From IMG/VR virus record IMGVR_UViG_3300032288_002071, positions 1-55,715 of that record: DNA of 55,715 nt. One strand, 5' to 3'. The DNA is from a virus (Duplodnaviria > Caudoviricetes). The notes below the pieces were generated by a model. The model was not told the DNA's origin. It ran no database searches and worked only from the letters and a program-made list of their open reading frames with translations. The position numbers were made by a program, and so were the translations under genes. Position 1 is the stretch's first letter. Each line of letters opens with the position of its first letter. Positions 16,298-23,675 of this stretch are shown in pieces.

Positions 16298-16480
16298 ATG
16301 GCAAAACGTTCGTTGCAGAAAAAAGTAGCACTGTTGAATGAATATCTTACACAAGAGCTTGAAAAAGAAATCAAAACTGAAATAACACAAATTGAAAAAG
16401 ATAATATCGCTGCAAAGAACGAAAAAAAGTTTATAAGACAAAATTACCCACACTATAGTCGAAATCATTACGTCACATGA
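16298..16480 (+). CDS. Hypothetical protein
   Basis: AAGGAG RBS before ATG 16298. Confidence 0.6.
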   Translation: MAKRSLQKKVALLNEYLTQELEKEIKTEITQIEKDNIAAKNEKKFIRQNYPHYSRNHYVT

Positions 16481-17142
16481 AAATATTTGAACATGTAAAA
16501 CTCCCACAACTACAATTTGATCTTGAAGCTGAGACTACCGATAGTGGTAGATTTTATACGACACCGGAAGGTAACAAGTATAAATCTATCACTACGGTTC
16601 TTTCACATTATGGCAAACAAGCAATTTATGAATGGCGACAAGCTGTTGGTGAAGAACGAGCTAATGAAATTTCACGTAAAGCATCAAATCGTGGAACAAA
16701 GGTACATAAGATATGTGAAGATTATCTGAACAATGAAATAAGTGAATTCAAGTTACAGACCATGATGCCTGACTTGAAGGAACTGTTCTTCAAAATCAAA
16801 CCTGACATTGATGAAAGCGTTGGTAAAGTCTACGCACAGGAACAAGCACTATACTCTGACAAGTACAGAATCGCTGGTAGGGTTGACTTGATTGCTGAGT
16901 GGAATGGCAAACTATCTGTTATCGACTTCAAAACTTCCACAAAACAAAAAGACGAAGAATATATTCAGAACTACTTTATGCAGTGTACAGCATATGCTCT
17001 GATGTTTCATGAGCGTACTGGAATATGGATTGATGATATTGTGGTGCTGATAGCTACTGAAGAAGGACCTGCTCAGGTATTTGAGAAACAGATACATGAC
17101 TATCGGCAACCCCTAGTTGAGTATATTGATAAATATGCTTGA
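16477..17142 (+). CDS. PD-(D/E)XK exonuclease
   Basis: SITTVL, RGTKVH, QEQALYS, AGRVDLIAE, IDFKTS, QCTAYA. Confidence 0.9.
   Translation: MKIFEHVKLPQLQFDLEAETTDSGRFYTTPEGNKYKSITTVLSHYGKQAIYEWRQAVGEERANEISRKASNRGTKVHKICEDYLNNEISEFKLQTMMPDLKELFFKIKPDIDESVGKVYAQEQALYSDKYRIAGRVDLIAEWNGKLSVIDFKTSTKQKDEEYIQNYFMQCTAYALMFHERTGIWIDDIVVLIATEEGPAQVFEKQIHDYRQPLVEYIDKYA
17128..17135 (+). promoter_or_regulatory. Late-promoter variant
   Basis: GATAAATA before the GGAGG RBS of 17158. Confidence 0.5.
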
Positions 17143-17157
17143 CATTTTGGAGGCATC

Positions 17158-17688
17158 ATGCTATCATTCAAACAACACCAACAATTAGATGAAGGTAATC
17201 CACTGGCAAGACTTCATAAACATGCTCAAGAGGGTAGGCATTATGCTGTTATTTCCTCACAGCGTCCGCATGATGAAGTATCGCCGGAAGAGAATAAAAA
17301 GCGTCATGAGGAACTTAAAAAGAAACTGACTGCTCAAGGCTATTCCCACAAAGAAGTTGAAGGACATTGGGAGGGTGGCAAAGAGAAGTCTATTATGGTA
17401 CATGCAAAAGGTAAAGGTGATGAACACGGCAAACAGTTGCTCCATGATATCAAGAAACATGGAGAACATTATAATCAAGACTCAATCTTACATCATGATG
17501 GAAAAACTGCAACCCTACATGGGACAAACAAAACAGGATTTCCAGGACACGGTAAGACAGAACCAGTAGGTAAGATGGCTTATAACAAAGCACATTCGCC
17601 GTTTCAAACAGAAACAAAACCTAAATCTGACAAACCGTTGAAGCCTGGAAGAACAAGTAAAGGTTCGGCTAGATTTACAACGGAGTAA
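17158..17688 (+). CDS. His/Lys-rich protein, candidate head internal protein
   Basis: N-terminus MLSFKQHQQLDE resembles a T4 capsid-targeting/gp21-cleaved leader. Confidence 0.6.
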   Translation: MLSFKQHQQLDEGNPLARLHKHAQEGRHYAVISSQRPHDEVSPEENKKRHEELKKKLTAQGYSHKEVEGHWEGGKEKSIMVHAKGKGDEHGKQLLHDIKKHGEHYNQDSILHHDGKTATLHGTNKTGFPGHGKTEPVGKMAYNKAHSPFQTETKPKSDKPLKPGRTSKGSARFTTE

Positions 17689-17690
17689 TT

Positions 17691-17867
17691 ATGGTAATTA
17701 GTGAAAAAGAATACTACGAAAGACTTGAAAATTATTTGAAAGAATGTGGATCAAATCCAGGAACTACATTCTTCGGTGCGTGGGGTTGGTATGCGTCCCG
17801 TCGTAATGAATTTAACGCAATGCTTAGAGATGATGGGATATCGGTGAAATATGACGGAAACGCATAA
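17691..17867 (+). CDS. Hypothetical protein (not in ORF track)
   Basis: GGAG RBS; MVISEKEYYERLENYLKEC..., 58 aa. Confidence 0.6.
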   Translation: MVISEKEYYERLENYLKECGSNPGTTFFGAWGWYASRRNEFNAMLRDDGISVKYDGNA

Positions 17868-18027
17868 ACGAACAATAGTCAGAGCAATTAGTTGGCGTAT
17901 AGTAGCAACATTAGTAACAGCAGCATTTACTGGTTTGTCTGGTGCTATTGTCATTAATATTTTTATGACTATTGCCCACTACATTCATGAACGAGTATGG
18001 CTTAAAGTGAATTGGGGTAAAGAGTGA
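17851..18027 (+). CDS. DUF2061-like small membrane protein (not in ORF track)
   Basis: ETHKRTIVRAISWRIVAT...HYIHERVW..VNWG. Confidence 0.8.
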   Translation: MTETHKRTIVRAISWRIVATLVTAAFTGLSGAIVINIFMTIAHYIHERVWLKVNWGKE

Positions 18028-18176
18028 TTGTTTGTGTTTGTAGAAACATTAAAGAATCAGATTTTGAAACACAAGAAGAACTGGTCGAACGCATAATGCA
18101 ATGCGATCATAATTGTGGACAGTGCCAAGAGTATTGTACACAGTTGAAAGAATTGTTGTATATCCCTTCAAAGTGA
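18024..18176 (+). CDS. Bfd-like [2Fe-2S] ferredoxin (not in ORF track)
   Basis: GTG start overlapping the upstream TGA; MIVCVCRNIKE...CGQC gives the C-x-C...C-x-x-C ligand set. Confidence 0.7.
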   Translation: MIVCVCRNIKESDFETQEELVERIMQCDHNCGQCQEYCTQLKELLYIPSK

Positions 18177-18480
18177 AGGCATTCTGGACGTGGGTTCGAC
18201 TCCCACCATCTCCACCAAAAGCATATTGTAGAAACACATGAGCAGGTTTCTCACTACCGCTGGTTACGTATAGAATCGTAAGTGAGTGTAGGCAGTATGC
18301 TTCTGATGGGGATGACAAGGTTTCGACAGGGTGAGATAGTGGAGAAGGCAACACGAAAGGCGACGGACGTAATCCGAGCAAATTAGTAAATGCAAATGAT
18401 GCATTTTATGGAGAAGAACGCCTAGCAGCGTAATCTCTTGGGGTTTACGAGAGTGTACCTTATTACCCAAACACTCTCAC
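18157..18480 (+). ncRNA. ssrA: Circularly permuted (two-piece) tmRNA; ends approximate
   Basis: T-arm and CATCTCC-A-CCA (ends 18217) come before GGGGATG (18308); they pair with the G3.U70 Ala determinant. Tag ORF ANDAFYGEERLAA* at 18392-18433. Confidence 0.92.
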
Positions 18481-18496
18481 CAATTTCTTTTATATT

Positions 18497-19099
18497 ATGC
18501 GTGTATACATCAGCAACTATCGGCATCACTGGATTTCTCCATACACAATGTTGGAGAAAATCTTCTTCTGGCGTGAGATTGATTATAATGAACCACTGAT
18601 TGAAAAATGGTCTGACCGTCTAGAGCCAATATCAAAAAGCATTCAATGGTTTCTTGACTTTGTTCGCCCACGTGTAGTTGATGTGAAGATTGATTATTGG
18701 GACACATGGAGCATGGACGCAACATTGACTCCTATTATTCTTCCAATGCTCAAACAACTCCGTGACACCAAACATGGATCGGGTTGGATTGATCCTAAAG
18801 ATGTTCCAGAATATATGAGAACGTCCGACAAGAATGATACTGATTATGGTCAACAAATGTTTGACTTTTATAATGAAGAAAGTATTCATGAATTAAAATA
18901 TGATATACATGATCGTTATGAATGGGCACTCAATGAAATGATTTTTGCGTTTGAATGTCTGTATGATGAAAACTGGGACGAACAATTTTGGGACAAAGAC
19001 AATAGAAAATGTGATTGGGATGCCCGCCAAAAGATACAAGACCGCATAGATAATGGGCTGCGCTTATTTGGTAAATACTACCAGACACTCTGGGATTAA
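18497..19099 (+). CDS. Conserved hypothetical phage protein
   Basis: 200 aa; WDTWSMDATL..II.PML, GLRLFGKYY..LWD motifs. Confidence 0.8.
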   Translation: MRVYISNYRHHWISPYTMLEKIFFWREIDYNEPLIEKWSDRLEPISKSIQWFLDFVRPRVVDVKIDYWDTWSMDATLTPIILPMLKQLRDTKHGSGWIDPKDVPEYMRTSDKNDTDYGQQMFDFYNEESIHELKYDIHDRYEWALNEMIFAFECLYDENWDEQFWDKDNRKCDWDARQKIQDRIDNGLRLFGKYYQTLWD

Positions 19100-19166
19100 A
19101 ATCTACTAAATAAAGATACTGGCACTACACACACAATCGCCAGTAAAACACACACAGGAGAAACAC

Positions 19167-19439
19167 ATGAGCAATCTGACACCGTTCGAGATTCGTCTTG
19201 AACTTCTAAAAATGGCGAAAGACCTTTTATTGGAAGATTATAATTCCAATAAAGAACGCCTAATCAATGAATGGCAAGTGAAGGTAGAGTCCGCTAAACT
19301 AAACGGACAAGCAATACCTGAACATCCAGCCTTTCCATCATATCCCACAGAAAACGAAATTATTGCCAAGGCACAGTCCTTGAACGGATTCGTATCTAAC
19401 ATTACAGCAGAAAAAACACAGAGCAAAAAGTCTGCCTGA
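19167..19439 (+). CDS. Conserved hypothetical protein (PFEIRLELLKMAKD)
   Basis: AGGAG RBS; ACTAAATA late-like site at 19105. Confidence 0.85.
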   Translation: MSNLTPFEIRLELLKMAKDLLLEDYNSNKERLINEWQVKVESAKLNGQAIPEHPAFPSYPTENEIIAKAQSLNGFVSNITAEKTQSKKSA

Positions 19440-19446
19440 TGGGAAC

Positions 19447-19466
19447 GAGTGTGCTTCGGCACACTC
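19447..19466 (+). other. cUUCGg tetraloop hairpin
   Basis: GAGTGTGC-TTCG-GCACACTC, no T-tract. Confidence 0.7.
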
Positions 19467-19486
19467 CTAACTTATAGGAGAAAGTA

Positions 19487-20041
19487 ATGCGTTACATCAC
19501 ACTTTTAGTTTGTAGTATCTTTGCAGCATTTGTATTATACGTAGGGCAAGCAGCAGCAAACATTCGTATACCTATTACACCGCACGTTCAACTAGAAGAT
19601 TTATCACCACATGCTCGGGCTGAAGTAGAGTGCCTAGCACAGAACATGTATTTCGAAGCAGGTCGTGAACCAAAACTTGGTCAGCTTGCTGTCGCATTTG
19701 TTACTCACAATCGAGTACAATCAGGATTATTTCCCGACACATATTGTGGTGTCGTGAAACAAAAAGAAGGTGGGGTCTGTCAGTTTTCTTGGTTCTGTGA
19801 CAAAAGAGCTAAGGCTATGATTGATCGTAATGTATTGACAATTGAAAGCAATTCAGTGTATAATGGTTTAACTGACCTAGCATTACAATTTTATCTTTAT
19901 ACCGAAACTTTTAAGGACCCAACAAAAGGCGCAATGTTTTTTCACGCTGATTATGTAAAGCCTATGTGGAGTAATATCAAACACACTGTGCAAATAGGCA
20001 GGCACATTTTTTATAACAAGGTAAGCAAGAAACAGGTATGA
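19487..20041 (+). CDS. SleB-like cell wall hydrolase (Hydrolase_2)
   Basis: Signal/TM N-terminus; CLAQNMYFEAGRE, AVAFVTHNRV, CQFSW, DPTKGAMFFHA, IGRHIFY. Confidence 0.92.
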   Translation: MRYITLLVCSIFAAFVLYVGQAAANIRIPITPHVQLEDLSPHARAEVECLAQNMYFEAGREPKLGQLAVAFVTHNRVQSGLFPDTYCGVVKQKEGGVCQFSWFCDKRAKAMIDRNVLTIESNSVYNGLTDLALQFYLYTETFKDPTKGAMFFHADYVKPMWSNIKHTVQIGRHIFYNKVSKKQV

Positions 20042-20070
20042 GTATTTTAAATAAAAAGGAGAAGGTGATT

Positions 20071-20289
20071 ATGGAAAAAGGATTGAGTAGTGTAACTGCT
20101 ATTTCAATCACTGTGGTTCTACTTTCAATCGTTACTTCCATTTGTTGGTATGGTCTTAATGACCGAAAACTTATGGCAGCAAACATTGAAACGGCAATTA
20201 CAAAAGGCATTGATCCACTTACAGTTAGGTGTTCATATGCCAAAAGTGATGACATAGTTTGTATCGCCCACGCATCAAATCGTAAATAA
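20071..20289 (+). CDS. Small membrane protein
   Basis: AGGAGAAGGTG RBS before ATG 20071; N-terminal TM. Confidence 0.7.
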   Translation: MEKGLSSVTAISITVVLLSIVTSICWYGLNDRKLMAANIETAITKGIDPLTVRCSYAKSDDIVCIAHASNRK

Positions 20290-20304
20290 ACAGGAGACTA
20301 TATT

Positions 20305-20832
20305 ATGAGAGAACGTTACGGAGAAGCAGAAGATAAACGTCATTTTAGGTTTTACTATGATGACAATCAAGGTAAAAGTATAACTATGAATGTATCAACA
20401 TCTGATGGTGCTTTTGGTATTGTGAAAGAGTTTGAAAAGTTTTTGAAGGCATGTGGTTATATTCATGACGGGCAGCTTACTATTCAGCGACAAAATCTTG
20501 CACCAAGAGAAGGCGTTATAGCACAAGCAGCAAAAGAAGAACGTGTTGCTAAATCAAATTTTGACTTCAGCAATATTCCCAATAACAACTGGCTCTTCGG
20601 CAGTCAACCAATTCCTGCTATCACTACAGCAGATTTGGCTACAATCAAACCTATTGATTTGTCTGGTATTACTGTAACAGATTTGACTACAGGTGAAACT
20701 AGACCTTTGATGGATGCATATAAAGTAAATGTAAATGAGTATCCAACTATGGCACCTTTGACTACTGAACAACTTCAGTCATGGACAACTGAAATGCCTG
20801 GCACACTTGGTTCTGCAAAGATAAAGTTCTAA
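20305..20832 (+). CDS. Hypothetical protein
   Basis: AGGAG RBS, 175 aa. Confidence 0.75.
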   Translation: MRERYGEAEDKRHFRFYYDDNQGKSITMNVSTSDGAFGIVKEFEKFLKACGYIHDGQLTIQRQNLAPREGVIAQAAKEERVAKSNFDFSNIPNNNWLFGSQPIPAITTADLATIKPIDLSGITVTDLTTGETRPLMDAYKVNVNEYPTMAPLTTEQLQSWTTEMPGTLGSAKIKF

Positions 20833-20833
20833 G

Positions 20834-21058
20834 ATGCCAACTAAAGATGAGATGCTAAAGTTCTCTTTGAACATTGAACAGTTGGTAGCCAATACAGATT
20901 ATACATATCTTGAGGCTATCACTGAACACTGTAAAGGAACTGGTTTGGAGATTGAAGTTGCTGCCACTTTGATTACACCAAACCTTAAAGCAAAGATACA
21001 AGAACAAGCAGAGAGTTTGAACATGTTGAAAGATAAAGGTAATCGTTTACCGATTTAG
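20834..21058 (+). CDS. 33: Late transcription coactivator gp33
   Basis: FS..IE..V...Y.EAI..C....E.E....LI...LK.KI..A..LNML; position before gene 59. Confidence 0.88.
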   Translation: MPTKDEMLKFSLNIEQLVANTDYTYLEAITEHCKGTGLEIEVAATLITPNLKAKIQEQAESLNMLKDKGNRLPI

Positions 21059-21526
21059 TTGCTGCCTTTTGAATTGTGACTCCGACATTTTTTTACGAGT
21101 TTCTTCAGATAGTTTTACACCTTTTCTGTTAGAAACTCTACCTTTCATTGTTGCGGATAATTTGGCCTTAGTTTGTTCAGAAAGAGGTTTACCTTTATAA
21201 CTTGAGGTTCTTTTGTCTATATGTTCTTTTGATTGTTTATATCCTTTCATTCCATCACCCCCGATTGTCAAATTATATTTCGGTTTTAGTGATTGAATAT
21301 AAAAGATTTCTCTTTCATTTAGAACATTTTCTGATATAATATTATCCTCAACTATCGAAAAAGTGAAATTGTCGATGCCATACTTTCTCATTGCTTTATG
21401 AATATAAGAACCTTTATTCCTATTAGCAATAGATTTGTGGGAGTTGATTCTTTTGTTGAACTGACGGGTGGTTTTACCGATATAAAACTCACCGGTAATA
21501 TTGTTAGTTATTTGATAAATAATCAT
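21047..21526 (-). mobile_element. Free-standing GIY-YIG homing endonuclease with NUMOD3 repeats, antisense between genes 33 and 59
   Basis: IIYQITN..TGEFYIGKT, R...H, E..YI...KPKYNLTIGG, SEETRKKMS. Confidence 0.9.
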
Positions 21527-21593
21527 GCTGATACGGTCCTTTCGTATTAGAGTAGGTGCGGAGTTCCAGTCCGGCGACCTACACCTATTTATA
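21527..21593 (-). promoter_or_regulatory. Late promoter plus two-hairpin leader of the endonuclease
   Basis: Minus-strand TATAAATA (21593-21586), GTAGGT...ACCTAC stem, then ATACG-aaaggac-CGTAT enclosing the RBS. Confidence 0.7.
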
Positions 21594-21600
21594 AAAAATT

Positions 21601-22212
21601 ATGTCTGGATATGAAGCCTACTGTTTATACAATTCTCTCAAACTTCACTTCAATTCCGATACTTACGATTACTTTCGATATGGTGGTAAGATTAGTACGA
21701 GCATAGAAGCGTTCGAGAATCGTAAAGACAAATATCATTTTTACAAACTGAGTCGTAGGTTCACCAATGCTGAACAAGGTCGTGATTTTATTGTTGCTAA
21801 TCTTGTGTATGATTCTAATGTTTGGATTGGGCATTTACTAACTGAAGAATCCGATATTCAGTATCGTAAACGTCAAAAGGTAATACAGTCTTTGACTTAT
21901 ACTTTTACGAATGAGATTGAATCGTTAATGAATCATGATAATCCAAATGACTTATTGATGGTTCGGGATAGTGAGTATCCCATTCTACTCACAAAGCTGT
22001 TACATGGTGATGTTTCAATAGAGACTTTGTGCATCATGAATTCAATCATGAACTTCACACCAATGTGGGATAAAAAAATTGCAGATACAATTCATTATCC
22101 AAAGGTAAGCAAGACAATAAGAAAATATACACCGTTCATACAGTTTAACACAACTAATATGAAAATTATTTTGAAGAAAGCATATGATGCGAATACAGAA
22201 AATATACCTTGA
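21601..22212 (+). CDS. 59: Helicase loader gp59
   Basis: Y..LKLHF....YDYFRYGGK, FENRKDKY.F.KL, SIETL; position before gene 32. Confidence 0.92.
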   Translation: MSGYEAYCLYNSLKLHFNSDTYDYFRYGGKISTSIEAFENRKDKYHFYKLSRRFTNAEQGRDFIVANLVYDSNVWIGHLLTEESDIQYRKRQKVIQSLTYTFTNEIESLMNHDNPNDLLMVRDSEYPILLTKLLHGDVSIETLCIMNSIMNFTPMWDKKIADTIHYPKVSKTIRKYTPFIQFNTTNMKIILKKAYDANTENIP

Positions 22213-22729
22213 TATGGATGGAGTTCTTAGTGACTTCTACAAACGATACAATGAAATATTCAAGGTTGAATTAGAGCACAAACGCTCACATGGAGAAAAG
22301 GTAACACTAGAATGGGACAAGTTTGTTGAAGGTAAAAACTTTGAAACGCTTGACTGGCATCCTGGTGGTGTGGAACTGTTGAAGTATATTATTTCGTTGG
22401 ACATTCCAGTGGAAATTCTTTCTTCATCAGGTGGTAATCGACATCATGAAGAAGTAAAACGACAAAAAAAGGTTTGGTTAAAACGTCATCACATTGACTT
22501 TACAGCCAATATCGTACCTGGGCGACATCTTAAAGCAAACTATGCTAAGCCTGATATTATTCTCATTGATGATACTGAGGACGTAATTGACGATTTCAAT
22601 ATAGCTGGAGGCATAGGCATACTTCACAAAGATGCGGCGAAAACGATAGCAATAGTGCAATCTGTACTTGACGACACATATATACATGTATATAATGAAT
22701 CATGTGGACACGATGCACATACAATTTAA
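22184..22729 (+). CDS. HAD-family 5'(3')-deoxyribonucleotidase-like protein
   Basis: YLDMDGVLSDF, ILSS, K..WL, ILIDD, GGIGILH. Confidence 0.85.
   Translation: MMRIQKIYLDMDGVLSDFYKRYNEIFKVELEHKRSHGEKVTLEWDKFVEGKNFETLDWHPGGVELLKYIISLDIPVEILSSSGGNRHHEEVKRQKKVWLKRHHIDFTANIVPGRHLKANYAKPDIILIDDTEDVIDDFNIAGGIGILHKDAAKTIAIVQSVLDDTYIHVYNESCGHDAHTI
22668..22696 (+). promoter_or_regulatory. sigma70-type promoter for gene 32
   Basis: TTGACG-17nt-TATAAT. Confidence 0.7.
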
Positions 22730-22753
22730 TACATTTTTATACGAGGCAAATAT

Positions 22754-23623
22754 ATGGTAGATTTTTCTAAACTCAAAAACAACCGCAACTCATTCGAGAA
22801 GCTCACCAAAGCGGTTGAAACAATCAATACCCCCGCAGAAGGTTCTAAAAATGATGAACGTTTTTGGCAACCAGAAGTAGACAAAGCAGGTAATGGAATG
22901 GCGATTATTCGTTTTCTTCCAGCACCAGCAGTAGATGGAGATGAAGGACTTCCTTGGGTACGTTTATTTGATCATGGTTTTCAAGGTCCTGGTGGATGGT
23001 ATATTGAGAACTCACTCACAACTTTAAATCAGAAAGACCCAGTATCAGAATATAACTCTGTGCTGTGGAACTCTGGTATTGAAGCGAACAAAGAAATCGC
23101 ACGTAAGCAAAAGCGTCGCCTTTATTACATTGCGAATGTTTATATTGTTTCTGACCCAAAGAATCCAGACAATGAAGGACAAATTCGTCTGTACAAGTTT
23201 GGTAAGAAAATCTTTGACAAGATTACAGAAGCAATGAATCCTGCGTTTGAAGATGAGAAGCCAATCAATCCATTTGACTTCTGGGATGGTGCTAATTTCA
23301 AAATCAAGATTCGTCAAGTCGAAGGCTATCGTAACTATGACAAGTCTGAGTTTGATTCACCTTCTGCGTTACTTGGAGGTGATGATGCTAAACTTGAAGC
23401 ACTATGGAAGAAACAATATTCACTGAAAGAGTTTCTTGATCCTAAACACTTCAAGTCTTATGATGAACTGAAAGCAAAGCTTGACAAGGTTCTTGGTCTT
23501 GATGGTGCTCCACCAGTATCAAAGGTCAAAGCAGAAAACATTACACCTGCTATGACTACAATGTCTCCTGATCTGGAAAGTGATGAAGAACTAGACTACT
23601 TTAAGTCTTTAGCAGAAGATTAA
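22754..23623 (+). CDS. 32: Single-stranded DNA-binding protein gp32
   Basis: DERFWQP..DKAGNG.AIIRFLP, HGFQGPGGWYIENSLTT, YKFGKKIFDKI, YRNYDKSEF, acidic tail. Confidence 0.97.
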   Translation: MVDFSKLKNNRNSFEKLTKAVETINTPAEGSKNDERFWQPEVDKAGNGMAIIRFLPAPAVDGDEGLPWVRLFDHGFQGPGGWYIENSLTTLNQKDPVSEYNSVLWNSGIEANKEIARKQKRRLYYIANVYIVSDPKNPDNEGQIRLYKFGKKIFDKITEAMNPAFEDEKPINPFDFWDGANFKIKIRQVEGYRNYDKSEFDSPSALLGGDDAKLEALWKKQYSLKEFLDPKHFKSYDELKAKLDKVLGLDGAPPVSKVKAENITPAMTTMSPDLESDEELDYFKSLAED

Positions 23624-23649
23624 ATCCTCCTTTATCTTAATCAACTGCG

Positions 23650-23675
23650 GCGCCACCTTCGGGTGGCGTTTTTTT
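23650..23675 (+). terminator. Intrinsic terminator
   Basis: GCGCCACC-TTCG-GGTGGCGT followed by a T-tract. Confidence 0.9.

Noticed and set aside
16477-17142. Cas4/CRISPR system
   Set aside because: No repeat-spacer array or other cas genes, and no four-Cys cluster; a common phage exonuclease
17139-17167. sigma70 promoter TTGACA-17-TATCAT
   Set aside because: Its -10 lies inside the 17158 ORF, so it cannot drive that gene; no other support
18049-18470. Minus-strand ORFs 18049..18381 and 18264..18470
   Set aside because: Antisense to the tmRNA and the Bfd-like gene
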